64,000 bases of DNA from NCBI GenBank assembly GCA_964187785.1, contig OZ076409.1:12030001-12094000 (forward strand), written 5' to 3'. Made by a program: the position numbers and the translations under genes. How positions within the stretch are numbered: the stretch's first letter is position 1; the number at the start of each line of letters is the position of its first letter. Positions 48,574-60,559 of the stretch are shown piece by piece. The notes under the pieces were generated by a model, which saw nothing but the letters and a program-made list of their open reading frames with translations, searched no databases and had not been told where the DNA came from. The DNA is from Amphiscolops sp. MND2022. Lineage: Eukaryota.

Positions 48574-50334
48574 GTGGCCATGAACCCGACGAACACGATT
48601 TTCGACGCCAAGAGATTGATTGGTCGGAAATATCACGACGACGTGGTCCAATCAGACATGAAGCACTGGCCATTCAAAGTGGTCAACGAGGGATCCAAAC
48701 CCAAACTTCAAGTCGAGTACAAAGGCGAGATGAAATCATTCACATCCGAGGAAATCAGTTCGATGGTTCTGACCAAAATGAAGGACACAGCTGAAGCCTA
48801 TCTTGGAAAAAAGGTGACAGATGCAGTGATCACAGTGCCAGCTTACTTCAACGACGCCCAGAGACAGGCAACCAAAGATGCCGGTGCTATTTGTGGGCTA
48901 AACGTGTTGAGGATTATCAACGAACCCACGGCTGCTGCGATCGCGTATGGGCTGGACAAGAAAACCGGGTCTGAGAAAAACGTGCTCATTTTTGACCTTG
49001 GAGGAGGAACGTTCGATGTCTCTATCCTCGCTATTGATGACGGAGTGTTTGAGGTCAAATCAACAGCCGGTGACACCCATCTTGGGGGTGAAGACTTCGA
49101 CAACCAACTTGTGAACTTTTTTGTGAACGAATTCAAACGGAAACACAAAAAGGACTTGACAACCAACAAGCGAGCCATGCGTAGACTTCGCACAGCTTGT
49201 GAACGAGCTAAGAGGACACTGTCATCGAGTGCTCAAGCCAGTGTTGAAATTGACTCATTGTTTGAAGGAATTGATTTCTACACAAGCATCACCAGAGCTC
49301 GATTTGAAGATCTTTGCGGGGATCTGTTTCGAGGAACTTTGGAACCAGTCGAGAAGGCCTTAAGAGACGCCAAATTTGACAAATCTCAGATCCACGAAGT
49401 TGTTCTTGTGGGGGGTTCAACTCGAATTCCGAGGATCCAGAAATTGTTGCAAGACTTTTTCAGCGGGAAGGAATTGAACAAAAGTATTAATCCAGATGAA
49501 GCTGTGGCTTATGGTGCCGCAGTACAAGCCGCAATTCTTTCTGGTGATACAGACCAGGCCGTCCAAGACGTGTTGCTTCTGGATGTTGCGCCTTTGTCTC
49601 TTGGACTCGAAACCGCGGGTGGGGTCATGACAACCCTGGTGAAACGAAACACGACCATACCCTTCAAGAAGACGGAAAAATTCACAACTTATGCGGACAA
49701 CCAGCCAGGGGTGATGATTCAGGTGTTCGAGGGTGAGCGAGCAATGACTAAAGATAACAACATTCTTGGCAAGTTTGAACTCTCTGGCATTCCCCCAGCT
49801 CCTAGAGGTGTACCCCAGATTGAGGTGACGTTTGATATCAATGCTGACGGAATTCTGAATGTTAGCGCCCAGGATTCAAGCACCGGAATCAGCAAAAGCA
49901 TAACAATCACAAATGACAAGGGCAGACTGTCTCAAGCGGAGATTGACAAAATGGTTGCAGATGCTGAAAAATTCAAAGACGAAGATGAAAAAGAACGGAG
50001 CCGAGTTGCTGCCAAAAATGCATGCGAGAGCTACGTGTTTCAAGCCAAAGCGACCGTTGAGGATGAAAAAGTGAAAGACAAAATTCCAGAAAATGACAGA
50101 AAATTGGTTTTGGAGAAAGCTGACACGATCATCAGATGGCTGGAACAGAATCCATCGGCAGAGAAAGACGAGTTCGAACATCAACAGAAAGAGATGGAAA
50201 AAGTGTTCAACCCGATTGTGACTAAGATGTATGGTTCTAATGGGACAGGATTTCCCGGTTCTGCTGGGTTTGCTCCTGGGGCGAAACCCGGAAGTGATGA
50301 TTCTAGAGGACCAACAATCGAAGAAGTTGATTGA
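48574..50334 (+). CDS. HSP70: Cytosolic HSP70, coding exon 2 (642 aa in total)
   Basis: atttag|VAMNPTNT...; [12 protein letters not shown] and [11 protein letters not shown] signatures; C-terminal GPTIEEVD; no GGMP repeats. Confidence 0.97.
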   Translation: MAMNPTNTIFDAKRLIGRKYHDDVVQSDMKHWPFKVVNEGSKPKLQVEYKGEMKSFTSEEISSMVLTKMKDTAEAYLGKKVTDAVITVPAYFNDAQRQATKDAGAICGLNVLRIINEPTAAAIAYGLDKKTGSEKNVLIFDLGGGTFDVSILAIDDGVFEVKSTAGDTHLGGEDFDNQLVNFFVNEFKRKHKKDLTTNKRAMRRLRTACERAKRTLSSSAQASVEIDSLFEGIDFYTSITRARFEDLCGDLFRGTLEPVEKALRDAKFDKSQIHEVVLVGGSTRIPRIQKLLQDFFSGKELNKSINPDEAVAYGAAVQAAILSGDTDQAVQDVLLLDVAPLSLGLETAGGVMTTLVKRNTTIPFKKTEKFTTYADNQPGVMIQVFEGERAMTKDNNILGKFELSGIPPAPRGVPQIEVTFDINADGILNVSAQDSSTGISKSITITNDKGRLSQAEIDKMVADAEKFKDEDEKERSRVAAKNACESYVFQAKATVEDEKVKDKIPENDRKLVLEKADTIIRWLEQNPSAEKDEFEHQQKEMEKVFNPIVTKMYGSNGTGFPGSAGFAPGAKPGSDDSRGPTIEEVD

Positions 50335-50709
50335 ACAATTTGATTTTTCTTCCATGTATATTTTAGAGTAAAATCCTGATGTAAGCAGTATTTGATATAA
50401 TAGTTTTAGTGGATTGTTTTTTTTCATTTCATAAGAATTAATTATATTTTTGTACTGTTATACGTTTTTTTCCATTAAGCTGTGAGAATCTATAGTGGAA
50501 AACATTCAGAATGCGAACTTAACTCTCCGAAACAAAAAGTGAAAGAATTGTGGAAAGAATGAAATTGATTATTTGATAAATGAAGAGAAGCGAATAACCT
50601 TATGTTCTTCCGAAAAAAATTTTAATTTCATTGGAACCAAATAAATCAGTGAGTTGACAATTTTCCCGAACTCCTAAGAAATCAATTTCTCAACAATTGA
50701 AACGTTTTG

Positions 50710-50967
50710 TTATTTTCCGCCCACATATATATAATGGGGGAGAAAAAATCATGATCTGTGTTGCGTTTTTTTCCAAATTCTGCCAAATCTCCCCCAGTTC
50801 CTCTCCATCGACTTCACTTGACTATTTGTTACTTGAATATTTTAGTTACTTGGTAGCGCAGTTAGTAGTGCGTCTGACTGGCAGACACGAGGTTGTGGGT
50901 TCGAACCCGGGCTGATGCGTTGCATTTTTAGCGGAAAGTTTCCCGGTGTTTAGCCGGCGTTGTTATT
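50710..50967 (+). mobile_element. HINE family 3 copy carrying a tRNA-like A-box/B-box segment
   Basis: SubTIR ATTTTCCGC versus GCGGAAAGT. Internal TAGCGCAGTTAG (A box) and GGTTCGAACCC (B box, 50898-50908). Confidence 0.65.
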
Positions 50968-52021
50968 ATTCATAGGCCCTCGGGACCGAAATGTAAAATG
51001 ACTAATTTTAAAAGTTTGATACTATAGTTTAAGCAAGCTGAGAACAGTTCAAAGTTGGGACAAAAACTGGACACTAGCGAGTTTCAAACTCGTCCTGCTG
51101 CTTCAGAGTCCAACTTATTCAGAGTATTTCATTCCAATTTATTCAGAGCTGCTTCAGAGTATTAATTTGGTGAAACGATTTAGAACACCACATTTTTTCC
51201 TAATCTAGTAGCATCCTTCGGGACTATTCTGGTAGCATGCGCTCCGCCCGTTCTACCTCATCACGCAGCTTTGGGCAAAAAATGATTGCGACATCAGATT
51301 ATTCTTGTTGAAGGATTGTTGTCCGCTATTGCAAAGCATTAAGGTTTTAGGTACACACTTTTGCTAATTCAGTATGTAATTAAGACTCAAACCTCAATGA
51401 TGAGCTGCAGGGTGTTGGTTTTAGGTTTAGAATATGTACTTCTGCATTCCTTCCCGCACTGTAGAGTTTTTCCGAGGAAACTCAAAAAGGAGATTTTAAA
51501 ATCTCTTTGACTGTTGCAATATATAGGACCTAGAAGCAACAATGGGCAAAACGAAAACAACTACATGTAAAATTATCTTTCATTGTCAGAGGTTTTCCTG
51601 ATTCTTCTCTGAGCTCCCCACCACCTGGAAATTTAGTGAAAATATTAGGACAAAAAGACTAAAAACCAAACCAGAAACCTTCATTCTGAAATTTAATGTC
51701 AAGATGACAAGGATGACAGTTTAGGATCCAGACCGCACTATTTCCCCTTCGAATTCACGCGTTTTTGATTAGGCAATTAATCAACAGCTTCTTTTTTTGA
51801 GTCACTGAAAAGTTGTTTCGAATTTAATCACATTCCAAATGTGTGAAAAATGTTTTGTTCAATCGAAAAACTACTCTAATAGAAATTAGTTTCCTGTTAT
51901 GGAAAGAGATTTCACTTTTCATCTGGCCAGTTTGAAATGGGAAACTGAAAAACCCTGTTTTCCTTAAGTTGTAAAGCTTCAAAAAATTTGATCAACAATG
52001 TTCTGCTCTATTTTGATGCTC

Positions 52022-53066
52022 TTTTAGTCGGCGCTTTTCTAGTGAAAAGAGCCCGACTATTACAGTGACTAGTTTTTTCTTCTTTTTTTTCGTCAGACCA
52101 CAGACCTCATCATGTATGCACCACTTTTTTACAGACTCGTTCACGTGTACTCGTCGGTACAGTCTTTACTCGGTTTACGTTTTGTTTCAAAAATTAAAAA
52201 AAAATCGAACATTTTTTTGTCTTCAAAGGATCCCCCCTTCAATTTATTTGATATTTTGCAAAAAACTGGATTTTCAAAAAATTCAAAGGGTCCCCCTTTT
52301 ACAGTTTTAAAAACTGCGCTTTTTGAGCCTTAGATATAGCGCCGACTTTAGACGTTCCCGTCTTGTCTTTCTTCAGACTACAATTCTCACACAGATCGGT
52401 CCACTTTCTAGAAACAATCCTGAAGCCTCCTAAGGCCAAGGCAAACTCAGTCCAAAGGGTCCTTTGTTTTGCGCTTTCATTTTTTACTTTCTCAAGGAAA
52501 CCTACAAAGCCGGACGTGCCTAAAGGGTCCCCCTTTGGATTTTTTTCGACATTATGCGACATTTTCTGAAAGAAAAAAATCAAAGTTTTCAAGTGTTTTT
52601 CCAAAAAAAAATGTTTTGCGCTTTTTGAGCCTTAGATATAGCGCCGACTTTAGACGTTCTCCTCTTGTTTTTCAATCCACACGAACTGACCAGAATAGTT
52701 CTTAAAAGTTATACGAAATTTTATGGTCCCAAATTGAATCATTTGGCCTAGCGACCTTTCAGTTTTTTCGGTATTGTGTTTTTTTTTAAAAAAAATGTCC
52801 CCAAAGGGTCCCCCTTCAATTTTTTGATGTTTTGCAACAATGGATGTTAAAAAATGCGAAAGCGTCCCCTTCTTCAAAGGGTCTCCTTTCAATTTTTTGA
52901 TATTTTGCAACTGAATTGTATTTTAAAAATCCGATGGGGCGCGCCAATTCGGTCCAATTTTTTGGTTTTTCAGGTACTGTAAAAGAAAATACTTTGACAC
53001 TTTGAAGTCCTTTTGCTATTTTTGAGCGTTAGATGTGGCGCCGACTTGGGCCGGTCTCGGCTTGTT
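52022..53066 (+). mobile_element. HINE family 1 composite: one 5' end and three successive bodies with 3' ends
   Basis: 5' AGTCGGCGCT at 52026-52035. 3' GCGCCGACT...CTTGT termini end at about 52366, 52668 and 53066. Confidence 0.8.
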
Positions 53067-54436
53067 TAAACAGTGAGTGATTGTGTGTTCTTTTTAGAGG
53101 AATCATTGATTTTTGAACAAAGGGAATAAAGGTTCATATAGAAGCATTTGGAAAAGCGATTGTGTCGATGTGGAACTCTCTGGATAATTTAGTGCTTGAA
53201 AATGTTCGAAAAATACACAAAATCCGACATAATCATCAAGTTTTTGCATTTTTTGGTCTCTTTTGAAAGCATTATTTCATGAATTTTCAATTGTTTGTCG
53301 TAAAAGCACAAAGATGACTGTATGCTTCATCTTCAAAATTAATGGGTTTCGAATCTTTGGAAACGTTCGGACATTTTGAAAAATTTGCCTAAGTTGCTCA
53401 AAAAAGTTGGACATTTTAGCTACTTTTAGGGTACCTCTGAGGTTGTCTTCAAAAAATCAGATTACTCATCGCTACAGTGTACCGGATAGCTGCTACCTAG
53501 TAGTTCAAACAATTACTTCAAAAACCTACAATTTTGGAACTCTTGGGTTTTTCGAACTAATTTGACACAGCATTTCAATACAATGTTCCAGAGTTCTCTT
53601 ACCAAGCGTCTTGAACTGCTGTTTTTTTCTGCCCGGAACTTATTGGAAATTCTAACCGACGCGAAAATCCGAAACTGTGCAAAACTTTCATGAAAAGCTC
53701 TAAATAAATAGGGACAAACTGATATTTGACTAATTTTATGTCGTTTTGGGGTCAATTTGCGATTAACCAAAAAATCCAAAGAATCTTTACAAACAAATGA
53801 TGCACGAAATTATGTTTTTGTTAGCTGAAATTTATGGAAAAAACATTTGAATTTGGGTATGGACCATTGCAAAATGCCAAATTTTGAAAAAAAGGAACAA
53901 TAAAAAACGCGGTTCGAGTAGTATACTTCCTTTCCCAAATTCAAATATGGGCCAAAAAACTAAATTATGTCAGACTATCTTGCGAAAAACGAATGAAACG
54001 CCATTCAAGAAAACAAGACGACTCGTTGAAGTCCTGCTCAATTTACTGGTCTACTAACACTTCGGTGCCAAAATTGAAAGTCAATCAGTGTCGATTCGAA
54101 CAAATTGTTCCACTTGGACGCGAAGAGCTTCTCATTCATTAAGATGGCCGTGAGAACATACAGCCCTGTGATAAAAGAATGGAACCCCTGTTTGATAATT
54201 AGGTTAGGAATGCCTAATGAGTTTGCGAGTTTCTCAAAAACTGTCAAATTATCCAAATTGTGATAGCAACAATTTTTTTGGGTTTTCGTCTAGTATACCT
54301 TTCTCTAATTTTGGAAGTCTTTACACTAGTATGAGACAAGTTTGCAAATAATACTCTTTTCATGTAAAACATTGGATTTTTCAGTTGCATTGTCTAAATT
54401 AGGAGCAGAGGCTAGTCATTACTTACTTTTTCATAT

Positions 54437-54901
54437 CCCTAAGTTACAAAAATCACAACTCTTGCAAAATTCTTACAAGAATTCTAGTAAGATCTTGTAA
54501 GAAAATGCATTTTTAGAATCTAACTCTGCAAAAATCTTGCAAGATTTGCTTTTTTCTGCTCAGAATGTTACAAAAAATGCATAAGTCTGACAATTTTTTA
54601 AAACAAAAATTGCATTTTCTGCCTCAAACAAAGTTGAACGGCTGCGAAAGAAAACAATCTGAATGCAAAAAATGATACAATTGCCCACATTAAAGCTTAG
54701 CTATTCTAAACGAACAACCCTTCCCTATATCTAGAGCAACTAGATCTTAAATCATCGGAATGTTTTAGTGATTCTATTTATTAAAATCCTTGTCTCAACT
54801 CTTTTTCATGAGGGACGCAAGGTACGATTCTTATAAGAAATGCAAAGTTGACAAGAATTGCGGAAAATTTTTTCAAGATTTCTGATTCTTGTAACCTAGG
54901 G
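54437..54901. mobile_element. Old CACTA/CMC-like MITE
   Basis: CCCTAAGTTACAA ... TTGTAACCTAGGG termini with decayed CTTGCAAG subterminal repeats; TSD not conserved. Confidence 0.5.
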
Positions 54902-55197
54902 ACTGTTCAAGGTGCCCATCATTCACTAATTGTAAACGAATTTTTTTACTGCCGTACCAAATGATTCAAAAAAATTATTAAATAATTTTTAAACCATTGC
55001 TCACAACTTCCGTGAAAAGTGAAACGAAAAAGTTATATAAACAAGTCACTGAGAATTTTGAAGCAAATGTGTTGAATTTTTTGAGTTGACATCGGGCACG
55101 CTTGACAGATGCGATGTTCAAGGAGGCCGCAGACGTTTGGTGGCCATGCATCCACCGAAAAGTTGCTGAAAAAGCTAATAATTGTCACGGGTGTTCT

Positions 55198-56617
55198 CCC
55201 TGGTTGAAAGAAAATGCGTTCCTTGCAAGGATCTTGCAAGATCCTTGTAAAAATGCAATTACTTGTAAGATCTTGCAAGGAAATTTGTTCCTTGCAAGAT
55301 CTTGCAAGGAAATTTGTTTCTTGCAAGATCTTGCAAGGTAATTTTTTCCTTGCAAGATTTTTCAGAAATGTTGATAACTTGCATGATTTTCCAAAAAAAA
55401 CACGAAACCATGGAAGTGTAAAGAACAAAAAACAAAAATTCTAAATTGTCAAAGTTTCAAACTTTTGTTCTCGTGCGTGTCACTTTCCAGAAAACAAGAA
55501 ATACAAGCCAAATGGGTACAAACTACGGTCTAAGGAATAAGATCGAAACGCACTTCTGTAACTAAGATCTAAAGAACTACGATCTAAATGTCATTTTTCG
55601 TAACTAAGATCTAGAGAATGCCAGCTCCTGAAAATCCAAAACTATGAAGAGATATAAAGTATAAAATGTGTCTCGGATATGTCCCCATTTCCTCTAGTGC
55701 CCCGAAAAAACACGACAGACGAGATTGTCGTACATGTCCCTTCTGAAGATGAAATGAAAATGTTATCAGAAATGTTCCCTTCGGTTGAATCTGAAGCCAT
55801 TAAAAGTGTGATTGAAGCAAACGACGGAAATATGGAACGCAGCATCAATTCTTTGCTTTCTATTTCTGTCTCCGAACCACCATCTCCCGTTGTCGAGGAA
55901 AGTGAAGATGATAATGAAAATTGTAGATTTAATAAACAGCAGTACAGGTCACAATTTTCTGTGAAAAATTGAATTTTCATTTTTAGATACCGAAAGCATG
56001 TTTTTGAAAATTTACTGAGATTTGATATTGTTGATAATTCGCATTTGTCCGCTCCTCCTTTGTTGAATAATAACTGGAAAACTTCAATTTAATTTATCTT
56101 CGGTTATTTTCCCATTATTGAACAGGTAGTAGACAGGATAATGGATGAAATAAGTGTTCATACCACTCATCCATCAATTTACTCGGATCATGGTGACCAG
56201 CATAAGGACTTCGGCAAGCAATTACTGTGAACTCTGTTGACAGGTAGCTGCCATTTCCGACATTCTTACTATATTTTTTATACATGGTTATACTGTGATC
56301 TTAATATCGTAAGTATGTTTTGACAACCCAATTAATTTTCCAATGAATTTTTTTCCTTGCCAGAATCTTTCAAGGAAACACTATTCCTTGCAAGAATCTT
56401 CCAACGAATTTTTTTTCCTTGCAAGAATCTTTCAAGGAAACAGTATTCCTTGCAAGAATCTTTCAAGGAAATAGTATTCCTTGCAAGAATCTTACAAGGA
56501 AATTTATTCCTTGCAAGATTCTTGCAAGATGTCTTGCAGAAAAATGCATTATCTTGCAAGACCTTGAAAGAAAATCTTGCAAGATCCTTGCAAGGAACGC
56601 ATTTTTTTCAACCAGGG
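55198..56617. mobile_element. CACTA/CMC (EnSpm-like) non-autonomous element with captured sequence
   Basis: CT|CCCTGGTTGAAA ... TTTCAACCAGGG|CT with a 2-bp TSD; arrays of CTTGCAAG subterminal repeats at both ends. Confidence 0.85.
55739..55864 (+). pseudogene. CUE (ubiquitin-binding) domain fragment, Tollip-like, inside the CACTA element
   Basis: PSEDEMKMLSEMFPSVESEAIKSVIEANDGNMERSINSLLSI has the MFP motif and terminal LL at CUE-domain spacing. Confidence 0.75.
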
Positions 56618-56831
56618 CTGCTTCAAATTAGAAACTGAAATGTTTACAGTTTTGACTGAATTTTAGCCAAGTACCGTGTGCAACGAATAGAACATTGAAA
56701 CATCAGTAGGCGTTGCACGGCCGTTCCAAAAACGAAAGACGTTTCAGGTAGATAAAAATTCAAGTTGGCCTGGCTCGTTCGTTTTACCTAATCAGGAAAC
56801 GTTAAGGATTTTTCCTCACAATAGATATAGC

Positions 56832-57085
56832 AAATAAGACGCCCGCTAAGCACCGGGATATTTTCCGCTAAAAATGTAACGCATCAGCACGGGTTTGAAC
56901 CCACGACCTCGTGTCTACCAGGTAGACACACCTCCAACTGCTCCATGGTGCCAATGTGACTAGAATATGCTAAATGGAGTGGAGTGCAGTGGAGATAAAA
57001 TGGAGTTTTGGCAGAATTGGGAAAAAAACGCATCACAGATTATGATTTCCTCTCCCAATATAATAATGGTGCACCGAGAAGGATA
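56832..57085 (-). mobile_element. HINE family 3 copy with tRNA-like segment
   Basis: Reverse-strand homologue of 50710-50967 (AATAAGACGCCCGCTAAGCACCGGGATATTTTCCGC...GGGTTTGAACCC). Confidence 0.65.
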
Positions 57086-58599
57086 ACACCAGACACAGGG
57101 GCAGGTTGTGAAAAACTTGAAGCGTTGTGCAATTGAATCCTAATTCGACACATCGTATGCCCAAAAAAGGCCCACATGGGAAGATTGGAAGATATTGAGT
57201 GATCCGAAGTTTAATTTAACAACAGCGACTACACAAAGAGTGCTGATCAATAATATTTATGGACTTTCGGAAATATTGTTTGCACTCCTAACTGAAAAAG
57301 TGAAGTTTTGGAAACCTGCATTTGAGGGACATAATAATCGGTTGCCAACACGTCTTAATGTACTTCGTTGAATCAGCTTGTTTCCAAGAACTACACGAAA
57401 TTGAAGTTGGAAGCTAGTCCATCTGGACTTCATTATTCTTATAAGGGAACAGACCAGAGTTCAAAGAAACACAATCGTTTCAAAAAAGAAAGCCATTCGG
57501 TGAAACAAGCCGCATGATCACGATATTTGCTGGATAATGAAAGAATGAATGTCATTATCATAAGTGGAGCGGTCGCGTTGAATAGGCAGGCCAATCTTGT
57601 AACAGCAAAGCGTGTAAGAAAAAAGAGCCAAAAGGCGCAAAAATGACAAAAGCGCATAAAAATCCTTGTGTCTGGAAACATCCAGTGGCGAAAATTGGCG
57701 AAATGCTGTAAAAAGATAGAAAAACCGGAAGAGAACAGAAAAGAACCAGAGTCTGAGAAAACATCGGATGTTGAAAGGCTAGCAGCTTGTGTCGAAACAT
57801 CGATGGATAAAACAAAGAAAGGAAGGAAATGATCCACAGAAACGGCATAAAGCCTGAATGTGTTGGTCAAAATATCATGGTCCCAGTAGTGACAGGACAG
57901 GACGGGAAAAGCCTGAGAAATGAAAGTCACTAATTGTACTTGTGTTGAAACGAAAACTTCACGTTGTCGTTGTATTATTACTGTTTCATTGAATTTGCTA
58001 ACACTTCAGACGTACTCTCCCCATTAGACGTCTCAATTATCCCGAAAAGGAAATATGGTATGCTAGTCAAGTAATGCGTTTGTATAATAGTTGATGTGCG
58101 TAATAAAATATCTGGTAACGGCACAATATGTGAAAGTGTCAGTTTGAGAGTTTGCACAGTTGTTTTGAGTATGCCAATTAAATTATTTCTGCCAGCCTTT
58201 CTCCATTCACATGTTTAGCTACCATCCAAATAGGTGTGAGGACCTCATGACGTTGTTGCACACGATAGTTCACGCGAAGTGCAGGCGACGACCGTTGGCA
58301 ACGCGTTTCATGCAATTCTAAACCATCCCATTATGTACTACCGCGGGCGCACAGGGGGGCTATGTTGCTTAACCCTTTTGAAAATAAAACGCGACTTTTA
58401 TAGTGACTTTTTGTCGGTTTTTCAATCTACACATACTGACAAGAATAGCTTTCCAAAGGTTTCTAAGTGACCCTCTATTCTCAAAAAGAAGACAATCAAG
58501 TTCTGCAACCTACAAGGAACCTGCAAACTACAAGGAACATCTAATCCTCTTGTAGTGACCTCCAACTTGGGTCAATTCATTCAATTCTGTCGATCTAGA

Positions 58600-58910
58600 G
58601 GTAGAACCCATGTTCTCAGGATTGGTTTCGTTCCGTTCGTCTCCGAAACCGTAGTCCCAGGTGCTTTACCAGATAGCGTGTCAATTTTGGAAGATAGGTT
58701 TTCTGTCATCTCAAGAATCTCTCTTTGATTCGTTTCAGTTTCTTTTATTCTCCTGCTGACAGATTTCTCAACCTTTTCAGAGATCCCGAAAAAATCTTTT
58801 TCTGAAATACTCGCAACGTTTTCGGTCCTCCAACTCGCAGCCTCAGGTTCGTGTAACGAACTGATTGGGGACTCTCCCCTGGGTTTCCTCTTGGATCATC
58901 TTCCAGGTAT
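58600..58910 (-). pseudogene. Decayed coiled-coil ORF, probably of retroelement origin
   Basis: Minus strand reads ...ISEKVEKSVSRRIKETETNQREILEMTENLSSKIDTLSG... with a stop near its start. Similar in style to 62580-63170. Confidence 0.3.
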
Positions 58911-60559
58911 TTTTGTTGTACATTATTGACTTAGGCTGGAAAATTCGGCTCGGGATTTTCTACTAAGTAGTGAAGAAAATTTGAAAATTGAAAGGTTTAT
59001 CGATTATCAATAACGGATCAAAAGGCAAAAGTTTTCCCAAAACTATCAACTGAAATCAATTCCAAAATCACAAGTTTCCATACTTTAGACTCACAAGAGC
59101 CGGGGAAATTGCACACATCCTTCACACCTCGTTCATACTGACGTCCTTCCAAGGCAGAGAAACCGGAAGTTCAGTTCTGCTTTGTCGAACTCAGACTCTC
59201 AGTTTCTTCATGGTTTCCAAGGAAAGCAAGCTTCCACTTCCTGTCTCAGTTGCGACTCCGTTTCCCTTCTCCCCCAATTCCGGCCTTTTCGAGACGCCGA
59301 AGCTGAACTTGGCAATTAAAGTTTAGAGATGAATCATCAAATCACCGCTGATGAAAGAAAAATAAGGAAGAAAATGATGACATACAAAATTTTACAGAAG
59401 ACAAAATATCTTTCAATTTAATCTAGCAATCTCCAAAATACTGCGCAAAACTATGATTAGTTCGAATTTTAGGGCACTGGAATTTTAGGGCAAAAACGTC
59501 AAATTTTAACGAGTTGTGAAAATCCTGGTCCCAGGCCGTGGTCCAGGCCATTCAAAAATTTAAAGACGAAAATAGTGTTATAAATTACATGCAATCAACA
59601 GCCATCATTCATAATCATGAGAATTGAACCTTAGATTCATTAGAAAAAGAAAATTATTATTAGCAAAAACGTTTTCCATTTCTACAATGGACTTTACCGA
59701 ATTTCCATCCCAGGCCGCGTCCTTGGCCGCAATACAGAGCATTTGTACAATCATCACGAATATTTAGTTGTTTAGCACAATTTTATATATAGCATCGTTT
59801 CAATTACCCATCTAACACATTACCAGTTTTACATGTACTCAACAAGAACGCGGTAATTATCAGATAATGGCGTACAGCGCATTTCTATCTGAGGCCACTC
59901 GTCAGGCAGGCGTCTCGCTGCTTGCATTTGAGGCCGCCTGACAGGCCGCGGTATTGCTGTTATTATTATTATATAGCACTGTATTAAATACTATTAACTG
60001 CACAATGCCTTCATATTGGTTGGTACACTATTTGTATGTATGTATATAATTGTATATAGTTATAAAAATAATCTTACGTGTTTCCTTTTGATTATTATAT
60101 TATTTTAGCGCCGTTATTTTAGATTATTGATTAAAAAAAAACAAAACAGTTCCATGTTGATTGTTTTAGGTGTTGTGTCTTCGGTTCTTTGCCTTTCCTT
60201 CTTCTATTATCATTTCTTCTTTTATTTTGATGTCTTCTTCTATTCCCATTTTCTTCTTCTCTTCCCATTTTCTTTCTCCATAGACTGAGCTTTTCTCGTG
60301 CCAGTACTCACAGCTTAGCTGGGGATGTGACACTTACCCTGTTATTTCTTTCCTCCACATCTGATTATTAACATAAAAGATCTGTTCAGAGGGTCCCATT
60401 TCCCCATAAAACCAAGCCTGAACTGGGTTGGGACTAAAGTTGTCTTGCTGATAAATATCACTTTGTAGAATCACGTGTTGGATGTTTCCAGCGTTCTCCT
60501 TTTATCTGTTATTAAAGCATCACGTATTGAGTGCTTCAATTTTGTTCCTAAAACTACCT

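Larger units (their letters stand above)
55080..57500 (+). pseudogene. Gypsy integrase remnant interrupted by later insertions
   Basis: AMFKEAADVWWPCIHRKVAEKANNCHGC zinc-finger-like segment lies before the CACTA insertion, and a VDKNSSWP-like segment after it. Boundaries are approximate. Confidence 0.5.

Noticed and set aside
48574..48582. HSP70 start at 48574 as given in the ORF track
   Set aside because: The GTG there follows a splice acceptor. The true start is the ATG at 48007 in an upstream exon.
48843..50427. Antisense ORFs overlapping HSP70
   Set aside because: Shadow frames of a coding sequence, with no independent motifs.
50845..50918. Possible tRNA gene
   Set aside because: A and B boxes and a D-arm are present, but the acceptor stem and a canonical anticodon arm do not pair, and it lies inside a repeat.
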